From NCBI GenBank assembly GCA_050693875.1, contig JBOGWP010000095.1, positions 9,232 through 73,231 of the forward strand: a stretch of DNA of 64,000 bases, in the 5' to 3' direction. Under the pieces are notes generated by a model, which saw only the letters and a program-made list of their open reading frames with translations, was not told where the DNA came from and searched no databases. Below, one piece after another: positions 1 through 9,101 of the stretch; within the stretch, counting starts at the first letter, position 1; the number at the start of each line of letters is the position of its first letter. The stretch comes from Actinomycetota bacterium. GTDB lineage: Bacteria > Actinomycetota > CADDZG01 > JAHWKV01 > JBOGWP01. Position numbers and translations under genes: made by a program.

Positions 1-914
1 CCGGCGACGTGGTCCTGGAGCGTGCGGTGGTCGAAGTGCTGGCCGTGCTCGGCGAAGTAGAGGCCGAGCATCTCCGAGCTGGAGCCCTGCCCGCGGATGA
101 CCCCGTCGGTCTCGATGCGCGAGAAGCGTCCGCCGAGCGTCACGACCAGGCTTCGCAGCGTCACGTCGCGGCTCGAGACCGCTCGCTGGGCGGCGAAGTG
201 CCACACCTCCTCGCTGTACTCCTGCAGGGAGGCGAAGGTCACTCGCGATCCCTGCCCGCAGACGATCTCCACGGCGCCGTTCGACAGGGCGGGCCCGTCG
301 AGGTCGGGGGAGCGGAGCCGCTCGAAGTAGAGGAGCTCGGCTCCCTCCTCCACGATGATCAGCGTGTGGGGAAAGATCGAGCCCCCGGCCTGATCGATCC
401 AGCGCTGGCTCTCCACCGGCACCGTGACGCTGGTGCCGCGGGGGACGTAGAGGAAGGTCCCGCCGCAGAACATCGCTCCATGCAGCGCGGTGAGGAGGTG
501 CCGTCCGACGTCCACCGATCCGAACAGGTGCTCCTTCAGGAAGTCGCCGTGCTCGGCGACGGCGGTGTGGATGTCGGTGAGCACGACCCCCTGCTTCCCC
601 AGCCCGGCGTCGAGCTGCTTGAGAACCACGTCGGCGTCGCGCTGGACGATGTAGCCGGCCCGCTCGCCCTCCTGGCCGAGAAGGGCGCGGGCCTCGCTGG
701 TCAGCTCGTTCGCGGTCCCCGGGCGGATGGGGGAGAAGCCGTCGAGGCGGAACTTGAGGCGCCGGAGGTCGGTGTAGCGCCAGGGCTCCTGCTTCTCGCG
801 GGGGAGCTCCATCGACTCGAACGTGCTCCACGCCGCCAGACGGCGCTCGAGCACCCAGCCCGGCTCGCCCAGGGCGGCGGACAGGGCCTCGACGTCTTCC
901 CGACTGAATGCCAT
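1..914 (-). CDS. sufD: Fe-S cluster assembly protein SufD (5' end inside window, 3' end runs off left edge)
   Basis: Reverse-strand translation from ATG at 912-914 gives MAFSREDVEALSAALGEP...EPWRYTDL...FLYVPRGT...TLIIVEEGAEL, typical SufD. An in-frame TGA lies immediately upstream of this ATG. It is not in the ORF track because it has no stop inside the window. Confidence 0.85.
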   Translation of the reverse strand, partial: MAFSREDVEALSAALGEPGWVLERRLAAWSTFESMELPREKQEPWRYTDLRRLKFRLDGFSPIRPGTANELTSEARALLGQEGERAGYIVQRDADVVLKQLDAGLGKQGVVLTDIHTAVAEHGDFLKEHLFGSVDVGRHLLTALHGAMFCGGTFLYVPRGTSVTVPVESQRWIDQAGGSIFPHTLIIVEEGAELLYFERLRSPDLDGPALSNGAVEIVCGQGSRVTFASLQEYSEEVWHFAAQRAVSSRDVTLRSLVVTLGGRFSRIETDGVIRGQGSSSEMLGLYFAEHGQHFDHRTLQDHVA

Positions 915-1191
915 TGCTCAGGTACCTCTCTCCCCGCGTGCGCCGTGAGGATCCCCAAGTCACAAATCGAGACCGGCCGTAGCCAGCCTCGATTTGCGGG
1001 AAGGGAAGGAACGACTCAGCGGGTCGCTTCGCTCCCCGTCCTAGGCATGGGGCCGCCTCCGGCGGCGTCTTTCAATTCCGGCAGGGCCTCACTTCGTTCG
1101 GCGCCTGCCGGGCCTTTCGTGACGTGCGCCCCATCCTGCTCACGTCCGAAAACTCGACTCAGTCGCACCACCCTCGGCACGTCATCCAAGG

Positions 1192-2622
1192 CTATCCGAC
1201 TGATCCCTCCATCTGCAGCTGGATCAGGCGGTTGAGCTCTACGGCGTACTCCAGCGGAAGTTCCTTGGTGATCGGCTCGATGAAGCCCCGCACGATCAGG
1301 CTCATCGCCTCGGCCTCGTCGATGCCCCGGCTCTGCAGGTAGAAGAGCTGCTCGTCGCCGATCTTCGAGACGGTGGCCTCGTGGGAGACGGCGGCGGTCT
1401 CCTCCTCGATCTCGTTGTAGGGGTAGGTGTCGCTGCGCGAGCGGTCGTCGAGGATCAGGGCGTCGCAGCGCACGTTCGACTTCGCCTTCGTGGCTCCGTC
1501 CTCGATGCGGACGAGCCCCCGGTATCCGGCGCGGCCCCCGTCCTTGCTGATCGACTTCGAGATGATCGACGACTGGGTTTGGGGGGCGACGTGGACGCAC
1601 TTGCCGCCGGCGTCCTGGTGCTGGCCGTCGCCGGCGTAGGCGACCGAGAGGATCTCTCCCTTGGCGCCCTTGCCCATCAGGTAGACCGACGGGTACTTCA
1701 TCGTGACCTTCGAGCCGAGGTTCCCGTCGACCCACTCCATCGTGGCGCCGTCGTAGGCGACGGCGCGCTTGGTCACCAGGTTGTAGACGTTGTTCGACCA
1801 GTTCTGGATCGTCGTGTACCGGCACCGGGCGCCATCCTTCACGATGATCTCGACCACGGCGGAGTGGAGCGAGTCGGAGGAGTAGATGGGGGCCGAGCAG
1901 CCCTCGACGTAGTGCACCCAGCTCCCCTCGTCGACGATGATCAGCGTCCGCTCGAACTGGCCCATGTTCTCCTGGTTGATCCGGAAGTAGGCCTGGAGCG
2001 GGATCTCGACCGACACGCCCGGCGGCACGTAGATGAACGATCCGCCCGACCAGACCGCCGAGTTGAGGGCGGAGAACTTGTTGTCGTTGGGCGGGATGAT
2101 CGTCCCGAAGTACTCCTTGACCAGGTCGGGGTGCTCACGCACCGCGCTGTCGGTGTCGGTGAAGATGACCCCGAGCGCCTCGAGCTCCTTCTTGGTCGAG
2201 TGGTAGACGACCTCGCTCTCGTACTGGGCGGTGACGCCCCCGAGGTAGCTCTTCTCCGCCTCGGGGATCCCGAGCTTGTCCCAGGTCTCGCGGATCTCGG
2301 GAGGCATGTCCTCCCAGCTCTTCACCTTCTCGGTGGGCTTGATGTAGTAGTAGAACTCGTCGAAGTCGATGCCGGAGAGATCGGCTCCCCACGAAGGCAT
2401 CGGCCGGCGCACGAAGTAGTCGAGCGAGCGGTGCCGGAACTTCCGCATCCAGTCGGGCTCGCTCTTCCGGTCGGAGATCTGGTCGATCACCGCGTGGGAG
2501 AGCCCGCGCTGAGGCTTCTCGACGTAGTTCGTCCGGTCGTGCCAGCCGTACTTGTATCCCTGCTTGAGCTGGCGGACCTCGTCGTTCTCGACCAGTGCGG
2601 GGTCACGCGCCTCGGTCACCAT
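1192..2622 (-). CDS. sufB: Fe-S cluster assembly protein SufB
   Basis: 476-aa ORF with a SufB-typical sequence throughout ([16 protein letters not shown]...; ...[15 protein letters not shown]). GGAGG Shine-Dalgarno before the ATG. Confidence 0.95.
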   Translation of the reverse strand: MVTEARDPALVENDEVRQLKQGYKYGWHDRTNYVEKPQRGLSHAVIDQISDRKSEPDWMRKFRHRSLDYFVRRPMPSWGADLSGIDFDEFYYYIKPTEKVKSWEDMPPEIRETWDKLGIPEAEKSYLGGVTAQYESEVVYHSTKKELEALGVIFTDTDSAVREHPDLVKEYFGTIIPPNDNKFSALNSAVWSGGSFIYVPPGVSVEIPLQAYFRINQENMGQFERTLIIVDEGSWVHYVEGCSAPIYSSDSLHSAVVEIIVKDGARCRYTTIQNWSNNVYNLVTKRAVAYDGATMEWVDGNLGSKVTMKYPSVYLMGKGAKGEILSVAYAGDGQHQDAGGKCVHVAPQTQSSIISKSISKDGGRAGYRGLVRIEDGATKAKSNVRCDALILDDRSRSDTYPYNEIEEETAAVSHEATVSKIGDEQLFYLQSRGIDEAEAMSLIVRGFIEPITKELPLEYAVELNRLIQLQMEGSVG

Positions 2623-2672
2623 AATCCGAACCTCCTCGTGATCGCGCCGGTTGTCGTTCCCTTTGCCTACGA

Positions 2673-2703
2673 TTATAGTCCCCGAGGTTAGGTTTGCCTA
2701 ACC
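2673..2703 (-). promoter_or_regulatory. Candidate sufB promoter: perfect -10 TATAAT (minus strand, 2673-2678) with adjacent palindrome GGTTAGG-TTTG-CCTAACC (2686-2703) in -35 position
   Basis: The minus strand reads ggttaggcaaacctaacc tcggggac TATAAT cgtagg..., about 45 nt upstream of the sufB ATG. The palindrome has 7-bp perfect arms and a 4-nt spacer. Confidence 0.45.
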
Positions 2704-2730
2704 CCAGGTGCGACTGCCGCGGGAATCGCC

Positions 2731-3260
2731 CTATTCGGGCTCCAGCAGTTCGACCCGCATCACCTCGGCCTCGTGGGCCATCGCCCGGATCATGCCCCGG
2801 TGGACGGGGTTTCGCATTCGCCGCAGCACCTCCTGCGGGTCCTCCTCCGGATCCGGCTCCACCCGTCCCCGGTAGCGCCGGCCCTCGACCCACACCGACA
2901 CGCTGCCGGCGGCCAGCGCATTGCGGACCCAGTCGGCACCCCGTCCGTGCTCGGCGACGACGAGGAGGGTGCTCGGGCCGACCCGCAGGCAGCCCACGGG
3001 AGTCCGCCGACGGATCCCGGACTTGCGCCCCACGTGCTCGAGGACGATGGCGCGCTTGGGCGAGTAGGGGGGAGCAGGGAGCCCGCGGGTGAGGAGGGCG
3101 ATTGCAGCCTTGTTGATCGTGACGCGGCCGAGGTGCTGGACGGCCCGCTGCGTCCGGTAGCGGGCCGAGCCCTTTGCGGCTATGCGCGTGCCGCCTTCGG
3201 GATGGCCGCACCGGCCCCCGCCGCGGCCAGATCGGCATCCGCGCGGCGGACCGCTCGGAC
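2731..3260 (-). CDS. F420H2-dependent quinone/nitro-reductase family protein (DUF385-like); start codon unresolved
   Basis: The C-terminal ~145 aa (...AIVLEHVGRKSGIRRRTPV...LLVVAEHGRGADWVRNALAAGSVSVWVEGRRYRGRVEPDPEED...) resemble deazaflavin-dependent nitroreductases. There is no ATG/GTG/TTG between the trpF stop (3180) and the conserved region. The nearest in-frame GTG (~3258) lies inside trpF, so the 5' end given is approximate. Confidence 0.55.
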
Positions 3261-3875
3261 GAACGCCCGCACCTTGTCGTGGTCCTTGCGGCCCGGGGAG
3301 TGCTCCACGCCGGCCGAGACATCGACTCCCCACGGATGGACTGCGCGCACGAGGCGGCCGACGGTTCGTGGCGTCAGGCCCCCGGCGATCATCAGCCGGC
3401 GTACCTTCAGGCCGGCAAGCCAGGTGGCGGGAATGCGCCGGCTCCGCCGGGTGGGGCTGGCCGGATCCTTCGTGTCGACGAGGACGGCGTCGGAGGGCCA
3501 CGATCCGACCTCGGCGAGGCCGCCTGCCGTCCGGGCACGGAACGCCTTCACGATGAACAGATGGGGATGAGAGCGGCGAAGCTCCTCGATCGCCTCCGGA
3601 GGTTCGCTCCCGTGCAGTTGCACCGCATCGAGACCGACCAGACCGACGATCTCGGCGATGCCCTGAAGCTCGGCGTCGACGAAGACGCCGAACTTCAGCA
3701 CCGACGGGTGCACATGTCGCGCGATCTGATGGGCGCGGTACACGGAGACTCGCCGGGGGCTCGGAGCGAGGACAAAGCCGACGGCGTTGGCACCCGCCCG
3801 GACCGCCGCCCGGGCATCGTCGACTGTGGTGATTCCGCAGATCTTGACGACGGTCGCGCCGGGTTGCCCACCCAT
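3180..3875 (-). CDS. trpF: N-(5'-phosphoribosyl)anthranilate isomerase
   Basis: 231 aa; KICGITTVDDARAAVRAGANAVGFVLAPSPRRVS...VQLHGSEPPE matches TrpF. Confidence 0.85.
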   Translation of the reverse strand: MGGQPGATVVKICGITTVDDARAAVRAGANAVGFVLAPSPRRVSVYRAHQIARHVHPSVLKFGVFVDAELQGIAEIVGLVGLDAVQLHGSEPPEAIEELRRSHPHLFIVKAFRARTAGGLAEVGSWPSDAVLVDTKDPASPTRRSRRIPATWLAGLKVRRLMIAGGLTPRTVGRLVRAVHPWGVDVSAGVEHSPGRKDHDKVRAFVRAVRRADADLAAAGAGAAIPKAARA

Positions 3876-3987
3876 GCCGACGAGTGTATCCGGGAGCGAT
3901 GTGAGGCTGCTCTTTCGGGCGGGGTTGCCGCACGCGATGGCGCCGCGTAGCGCTCATCGCAAGCGTGATGCCAACAAGCGGCGGGCC

Positions 3988-4929
3988 TCAGCGGCGGCGG
4001 CGCCGTCGCCTCCAGCGAACGATTGGGACGCTTCCCACGACGGCGGTCGCGGCAACCAGGGCCGCCGGTGTGTACGACCCGAGGAGGTGGCCGGCACCGG
4101 GGGCGGCCTCACGCTGACCGGGCGCCCCTCCCTCGGTCCGGCGTGTGCCGAGGGAGAGATCCCTCGCCGGCACCTGGGGGAGCGTATCGGCCAGCACGGC
4201 ACCGAAGGCGACGTGCCCCTCCGGCTGGGCTGCGGCAGCCAACGCCGCATCCGGAGCCACCTCGATCGGAGGCGCCGGGTCGGGAGCGACGGCGGCGGGC
4301 GGCTGCGCAGTCCGCCCGGCGGGCTTCGCTTGAAGGGTTGGGTCCGAAGCGACAGTCTGCGGCCCCTGGGACTCGGCGAGGGTGGGTTCTGTCGACGCAG
4401 CGGACGCCGGTTCAGCGGCATATGCGCCCGCGTCGGCGCTCGTCGAGGGGGTCGGAGATGGGATGGCCGCCGGCGCGAGGACCTTGAAGGCCGCGACCGT
4501 CTTCCACGTGTAGCCGTTGGCCGTTGCGGTTCCAATCACGTAGTAGACGCCGGGCGAGACATCGGGGATCTCGGCGGCAACAGAGAATGTCGGTCCCAGT
4601 GCCTGCGCCAGCGACGTGGCGTTGGAGCCGAACGAGATCGTGACGGGACCGGCGGGGAAGTCTCTCCCCGACAGCGTGATCTGGGTTCCCGGCGGACCCG
4701 AGTCGGGCGAGATCTTCAGCGAGGCGGCGGGACCGCACGCCCAGGCGAGCGAGACAAGCCCGAGAAGGTTCGCAAGCAGAAGGGCGGCCAGCAGCGCGGG
4801 ATCGCGGCGACGGGCCCGATGACGTGAATCCACCGCTCCCCCAATCTCACTCGAGTCCCGCGGAGCATGTTCCAGCAATCCGATCGTTTCGTCATCGGTG
4901 AATCTCCGCGACCAGCGCGGGCCGCCCAT
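3988..4929 (-). CDS. Secreted/surface protein with an Ig-like (IPT/TIG-like) domain, Pro/Ala-rich linker and C-terminal membrane anchor with Arg7 tail
   Basis: Hydrophobic signal segment (ALLAALLLANLLGLVSLAWA), then a beta-rich segment (KISPDSGPPGTQITLSGRDFPAGPVTISFGS...YYVIGTATANGYTWKTVAAFKV), a low-complexity P/A/T/S linker, and a C-terminal TM followed by RWRRRRRRR. Start may be downstream of the ATG at 4929. Confidence 0.5.
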   Translation of the reverse strand: MGGPRWSRRFTDDETIGLLEHAPRDSSEIGGAVDSRHRARRRDPALLAALLLANLLGLVSLAWACGPAASLKISPDSGPPGTQITLSGRDFPAGPVTISFGSNATSLAQALGPTFSVAAEIPDVSPGVYYVIGTATANGYTWKTVAAFKVLAPAAIPSPTPSTSADAGAYAAEPASAASTEPTLAESQGPQTVASDPTLQAKPAGRTAQPPAAVAPDPAPPIEVAPDAALAAAAQPEGHVAFGAVLADTLPQVPARDLSLGTRRTEGGAPGQREAAPGAGHLLGSYTPAALVAATAVVGSVPIVRWRRRRRRR

Positions 4930-4997
4930 TCGATGGCGCCGGCGCAGCGCTCAGCGCAACGGGAATGCCAACGAACGCAGAGTCCAGAGTCCATCCC

Positions 4998-6050
4998 TCA
5001 GTCCGAGGCGGCTCGGATCTCCTCTTGCCCCAGCGGCTCCTTCGCCGGCCCATGGACCACCGCGCCGTCGCGCGCATAGCGCGAGCCGTGGCAGGGACAG
5101 TCCCAGGTCTGCTCGGCGTCGTTCCAGTCCACGGTGCAGCCCATGTGGGTGCAACGAGGGGAGAGCGCGATCGCGATGCCCGAATCGTCGAGAGAGACGG
5201 CGAGCTTCCTGCCGTCCACATCGACCAGCCCGCCGTGGCCGGGGACGAGGTCGGCGAGGGAGCGCCCGATCGTCTTGGCGATCAGCACGTCACGGCCGGC
5301 CCCTTGGGCGACCTGCAGGGGGACTGCCCCGACGAAGAAGCGGCGGGCTCCGGCGACGCCCTTGTTGCCGACCACGATGAGGTCGCAGCCAGCTGCTTCG
5401 GCCACCTCGGGGATCTTCTCGCCCGGCGCGCCCTCCACGAGGCGTGTCTCCAGGCGCAGGGCCGGCACAGCTCCCGCGCCGGCGCGCTCGAGCGCGATCG
5501 CTCCGAGCAGCGGATCGCCTGCGACGTACACGAGGGTGACCCCCGCGCCCACCATCAGCCCGAGATCGAACGCTTTCCGCACCGCCTCGGTGGCGGTAGG
5601 CGAGCCGTCGGTTCCGGCGAGGATTCTTCGGTAGATCCGGGGGCCCGGCTGGTCGGGGGTTTCGTCTCGCGTGTGCACGATGAGCACATCGCAGGGGGCG
5701 GCGTGGGCGGTCTGCTCGGCGACGCTGCCGAGCTTGAACCGGTGGACCCTGCCCATCCCGACATTGCCCACCACGATGAGATCGGCGGCGACCTCGCTCG
5801 CGGCCTGGGCGAGGGCCTCCCCGGGGTCCCCGTCCCGAAGCGCCGTCTCGGCCGCGACCCCGTCGGCGCTGGCTGCCTCCGCCGCGGCGATCAGCGCCTG
5901 TTCGGAGCTGCTCGGCCTGGCACCCCGAGGCGCCGCCGTTGCGATCACGAGGCGGGCCCCCAGCCGCTTGGCCAGCCGCGCCGCCCGATGCTGGGCTCGC
6001 AGGGCGGTCTGCGAGCCATCGGTGCCGACGAGGATCGTGCGATAGCCCAC
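4998..6050 (-). CDS. Tandem universal stress protein (UspA) domains fused to a C-terminal Rieske [2Fe-2S] domain
   Basis: Two USP repeats ([11 protein letters not shown]...VGNVGMG...; [11 protein letters not shown]...VVGNKGVAG). C-terminal boxes CTHMGC ... CPCHGS are the canonical Rieske ligand boxes. Start taken as GTG 6048-6050, which has GGAG 9 nt upstream. The ORF-track ATG at 6098 adds 16 aa. Confidence 0.75.
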   Translation of the reverse strand: MGYRTILVGTDGSQTALRAQHRAARLAKRLGARLVIATAAPRGARPSSSEQALIAAAEAASADGVAAETALRDGDPGEALAQAASEVAADLIVVGNVGMGRVHRFKLGSVAEQTAHAAPCDVLIVHTRDETPDQPGPRIYRRILAGTDGSPTATEAVRKAFDLGLMVGAGVTLVYVAGDPLLGAIALERAGAGAVPALRLETRLVEGAPGEKIPEVAEAAGCDLIVVGNKGVAGARRFFVGAVPLQVAQGAGRDVLIAKTIGRSLADLVPGHGGLVDVDGRKLAVSLDDSGIAIALSPRCTHMGCTVDWNDAEQTWDCPCHGSRYARDGAVVHGPAKEPLGQEEIRAASD

Positions 6051-6054
6051 GGCG

Positions 6055-6843
6055 CTACTCCGCGACGAGGGTCCCCACCATCTGGCGGGGGTGCACATCG
6101 CAGACGAACGTATATTCGCCGGCCTCGAGCGCCGGGATGGCGTACCGGATCACCTTCGGTCCCGTGACGTTCGTCCCGGTGAAGACGGCCTTCCCCGACC
6201 CGTCACGGATCGAGACGTTGTGCAGCACGCCCGCGGCCTTGTTGGCGAACTCGAGGGCGAACGGCGTGGAGGCCGGCGCGGAGAGCCGGTCGGTGCTGAA
6301 CGCGAGCGCTCCTGCCGACAGCGTCACCCGGACCCCTGCCCCGGCCTGGGGCTCCGGCGCCGTGGGCGCGATCCCGAGCGTGGGCTTGAAGAGCATCAGG
6401 TAGAGGATCAGGGCAATGCCGATGCCGCCGATCGCCGCAAGCGTCACCGGCCGGCCGGAGGAGAGCACCTCGGCGAACTGCTCGTCGCTGACGGCTTTCG
6501 AGCCCTCCACCTTCGCGGCGCTGATCAGTCGAACCCGCTTGTAGTAGGGGGTGGCCATGCCGAACATCGCCCCCGATATGAGCACGAACAGCGCCAGCGA
6601 CGCCCAGATCCACCCGTAGGACCAGAGGTGCCCGACGAACGTGGCGGCGATGCCGCCCGCGAGCAGCAGCAGCACCGAGATGTAGAAGGACGTGATCGAG
6701 GCGCTCGACAAGGCAAGGAGCGCCTGCACGCGGGCGGGGTCGCGCTCCGAGCGAATCCGGAACGAAACGGCCATCGAGACGCCGTGCGTGGCCAGGAAGC
6801 CGAACACGCCGAACAGGTGAACGAAGACGAGCCACTGATACAT
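6055..6843 (-). CDS. DUF2269-family polytopic membrane protein fused to a C-terminal cupredoxin (type-1 copper) domain
   Basis: Start [21 protein letters not shown], four hydrophobic helices. C-terminal ...[19 protein letters not shown] carries the Cys/His/Met blue-copper ligand motif. Its stop is 4 nt before the USP-Rieske start, so the two are in one operon. Confidence 0.7.
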   Translation of the reverse strand: MYQWLVFVHLFGVFGFLATHGVSMAVSFRIRSERDPARVQALLALSSASITSFYISVLLLLAGGIAATFVGHLWSYGWIWASLALFVLISGAMFGMATPYYKRVRLISAAKVEGSKAVSDEQFAEVLSSGRPVTLAAIGGIGIALILYLMLFKPTLGIAPTAPEPQAGAGVRVTLSAGALAFSTDRLSAPASTPFALEFANKAAGVLHNVSIRDGSGKAVFTGTNVTGPKVIRYAIPALEAGEYTFVCDVHPRQMVGTLVAE

Positions 6844-6972
6844 GGATTTGGGGTGCGGTCGGGGAAATTCGTGAGGCCCGATTGTCCCGCGCCCCCGCCG
6901 GGCGCTCAAGTGCCCGGCGCGAGATAACAGTTCTTGACTGGAAAGGACCGCGGCCCCACAATCGCCGCCACG

Positions 6973-7482
6973 ATGTCCTGGTACAGGCTGCTGCTCTTCT
7001 TCCACATGCTGTTCGTGCTCGCAGGCTTCGGCCCCACGTTCGCCTTCCCATTCATCGGGGCCGCCGGCGGAAAAGAGCGCGAGCATGCGAACTTCGCCTT
7101 GCGAACCATGGAGCTCATCAGCAAGCGCCTGGTGATCCCGCTGTCCATCGGCGTCCTTGTGACCGGCGCCATCCTGATCCCGGTCGCAGGTTGGAACCTT
7201 CTGAGGAGCGAGTGGCTGCTGATCGCGCTGGTCCTCTACCTGACCGCGCTGGGCTACTCGGCGCTGGTCCAGAACCCGACCGCGATGCGGATGATCGAGC
7301 TCACCTCGAAGGTGCCCGGCGGCGAGGCCGCAGGATCAGCGCCGCCGGGACCACCTCCGGGAGGGCCCCCGCCCGAGATGCTCCGCCTGGTCAAGCGCAT
7401 GCAGCGCGGCGGCATCTTTCTGGCGCTGCTGTTGGTGACGATCCTGCTGCTGATGGTCTGGAAGCCCGGAGGGGAGCTTTAG
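6973..7482 (+). CDS. DUF2269-family membrane protein (paralog of the N-terminal part of the cupredoxin fusion)
   Basis: MSWYRLLLFFHMLFVLAGFGPTFAFPFIGAAGG..., four TM segments. Transcribed divergently from the cupredoxin gene. An alternative TTG start lies at 6934. Confidence 0.65.
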   Translation: MSWYRLLLFFHMLFVLAGFGPTFAFPFIGAAGGKEREHANFALRTMELISKRLVIPLSIGVLVTGAILIPVAGWNLLRSEWLLIALVLYLTALGYSALVQNPTAMRMIELTSKVPGGEAAGSAPPGPPPGGPPPEMLRLVKRMQRGGIFLALLLVTILLLMVWKPGGEL

Positions 7483-7588
7483 CGCTGAGGGCAGGCCTTG
7501 CGCGCGGAGCTCCCGATCCGCTTGCGGCGAGCGCCAAATACGGCGGTAGTTGCGAAGAGAGCGGGCGGGGTCAGGGCGGCCCGGCGGG

Positions 7589-8191
7589 TCAGGGCTCCAG
7601 CGCCCGGCGCACAAACTCGATCAGCTCCTGTTCCCGCCGTCGCAGGGTCGTCCGGCCCGTCTGCCCCCCGGCCACCGCTCGCAGCACTCCCGCCTCGGTG
7701 AGGGATCCCACCACCGCGGTGTAGAGCGTGAAGAGGAGGAGCCCGGGATCTTGGCGGCGGAACTCGCCGGCCTCCATGCCCCGCTCGAGGAACTGCAGCG
7801 CACGCTTTCGGAGGGGCTCCAGTGCGCCGGCAACCTGCGTCACGATCTCCGGGCTTCGCCGGGCGGCCTCGCGTGCGAACAGCGGGAACTCGGGGGAGCG
7901 CTCGGCGAGGCGGAACACGGAACGGATCACGCGCTCGACCCGCGCCCACCCTTCGTCGGGAGCCTCGAGCACGCGCTCGAGGGTGCGCCGGAGACCGGCG
8001 ACCATCTCCCCGACACAGGCGTCGAAGAGCTCCTCCTTCGTCGGGAAGTAGTAGAGAAGGGTCTGCTTCCGCACGCCGGCGGCCTCGGCCACCATCTCGA
8101 GGCTCGCCCCGTCGTACCCCCGCTTGCCGAACGCCCGGATCGCCTCGTCGATGAGCTGACGGCGGCGTTCCTCGCCTCCGGTCCGCGTCAC
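7589..8191 (-). CDS. TetR/AcrR family transcriptional regulator
   Basis: N-terminal HTH (RRRQLIDEAIRAFGKRGYDGASLEMVAEAAGVRKQTLLYYFPTKEELF). GTG start chosen at 8189-8191. The ORF-track ATG at 8371 would add 60 low-complexity residues. Confidence 0.75.
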   Translation of the reverse strand: MTRTGGEERRRQLIDEAIRAFGKRGYDGASLEMVAEAAGVRKQTLLYYFPTKEELFDACVGEMVAGLRRTLERVLEAPDEGWARVERVIRSVFRLAERSPEFPLFAREAARRSPEIVTQVAGALEPLRKRALQFLERGMEAGEFRRQDPGLLLFTLYTAVVGSLTEAGVLRAVAGGQTGRTTLRRREQELIEFVRRALEP

Positions 8192-8195
8192 GGGG

Positions 8196-9098
8196 TCAAC
8201 CGCGCCACAGCCGGACGGGACGTCGCTGCGGGAGGGATGCCGAAGCCTCCCACCGCCGGCGCCACCTCGCCGCCGAGGGGCCCGAAGTATCGGCCAGGGT
8301 GCCGTCGGCGGCAGCGCGGATCGCTTCCCACCAGGTGCCTCGCTGCTCCGCGAGCGTCGTGGCGAGCTCACGGCGAATCCGGTCGTGAAATGGCAGCACC
8401 CGCTCCTCCGGCTCGGGGCGAAGTGGCCTGCCGAACCTGACCGACACCGGCAGGTGCCCGGAGGCGGGCCAGCCGCGCCCGCGAGGCATGGCGTGGTAGG
8501 TGCCCGAGAGGGCCACCGGCACCACGGGCGTGCCGGTCTCGACCGCCATCCACGCCGCTCCGGACCGAAGGGCCGCCACCCATCCGTCCTTCGAGCGCGT
8601 CCCCTCGGGGAACACGATCACGTTCCACCCGTCCCGGAGCAGGTCCCGGGCCTTGCGTGCCGCCCGGCGCCCGGCCCGCCGGTCGACCGGGAAGGCGTTG
8701 AAGACGAGGGTCGTCATCGCGGCTCGCCACCAGACGTCGAAGAAGTAGTCGGCCGCTGCCCCGGTCGCGGTCCGCCACCGCCATTTCGGCGGGAGCGACG
8801 TGAGGATCGCCGGCGCGTCCAGGTGGCTTGCGTGGTTGCTCACGAAGATCACCGGAGGCTCGAGCTCGTCGAGCACGTCGAGGCCGTGTACCTCCACGTC
8901 GACCTCGTGGCGCAGCAGCGGCCCGAGGGCGAAGCGGTGGACGAGCTCGCGGGCGATGCGGGCCGCGGGCGTGCGCGCCCAGTCGGTCGGGTGCTCCGGA
9001 ACGAGCTCGGGGCCGCGGGGGACCGACCGGGGGACCAGTGGACGGTGCGTCCAGCGCCACCCCCGCGCGACCGTTCCGACGTCCTTGACCAGCCCCAC
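8196..9098 (-). CDS. 1-acyl-sn-glycerol-3-phosphate acyltransferase family protein (PlsC/LPLAT)
   Basis: HXXXXD block (VIFVSNHASHLDAPAI) and the FPEGTRS block are conserved. Confidence 0.8.
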   Translation of the reverse strand: MGLVKDVGTVARGWRWTHRPLVPRSVPRGPELVPEHPTDWARTPAARIARELVHRFALGPLLRHEVDVEVHGLDVLDELEPPVIFVSNHASHLDAPAILTSLPPKWRWRTATGAAADYFFDVWWRAAMTTLVFNAFPVDRRAGRRAARKARDLLRDGWNVIVFPEGTRSKDGWVAALRSGAAWMAVETGTPVVPVALSGTYHAMPRGRGWPASGHLPVSVRFGRPLRPEPEERVLPFHDRIRRELATTLAEQRGTWWEAIRAAADGTLADTSGPSAARWRRRWEASASLPQRRPVRLWRG

Positions 9099-9101
9099 GT
9101 G

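Noticed and set aside
9-1235. 408-aa forward ORF opposite sufD and the sufB-sufD spacer
   Set aside because: Its composition is Ala/Arg/Gly/Glu-rich low complexity, typical of antisense shadow ORFs in high-GC DNA. The opposite strand encodes a clearly recognisable SufD.
1381-2691. 436-aa forward ORF and several shorter ORFs antisense to sufB
   Set aside because: These are shadow frames of sufB with no family resemblance.
2731-3957. Full 408-aa extent of the minus-strand ORF
   Set aside because: Only the C-terminal ~150 aa resemble a protein family. The upstream part runs through trpF in another frame and is Arg/Pro/Gly low complexity.
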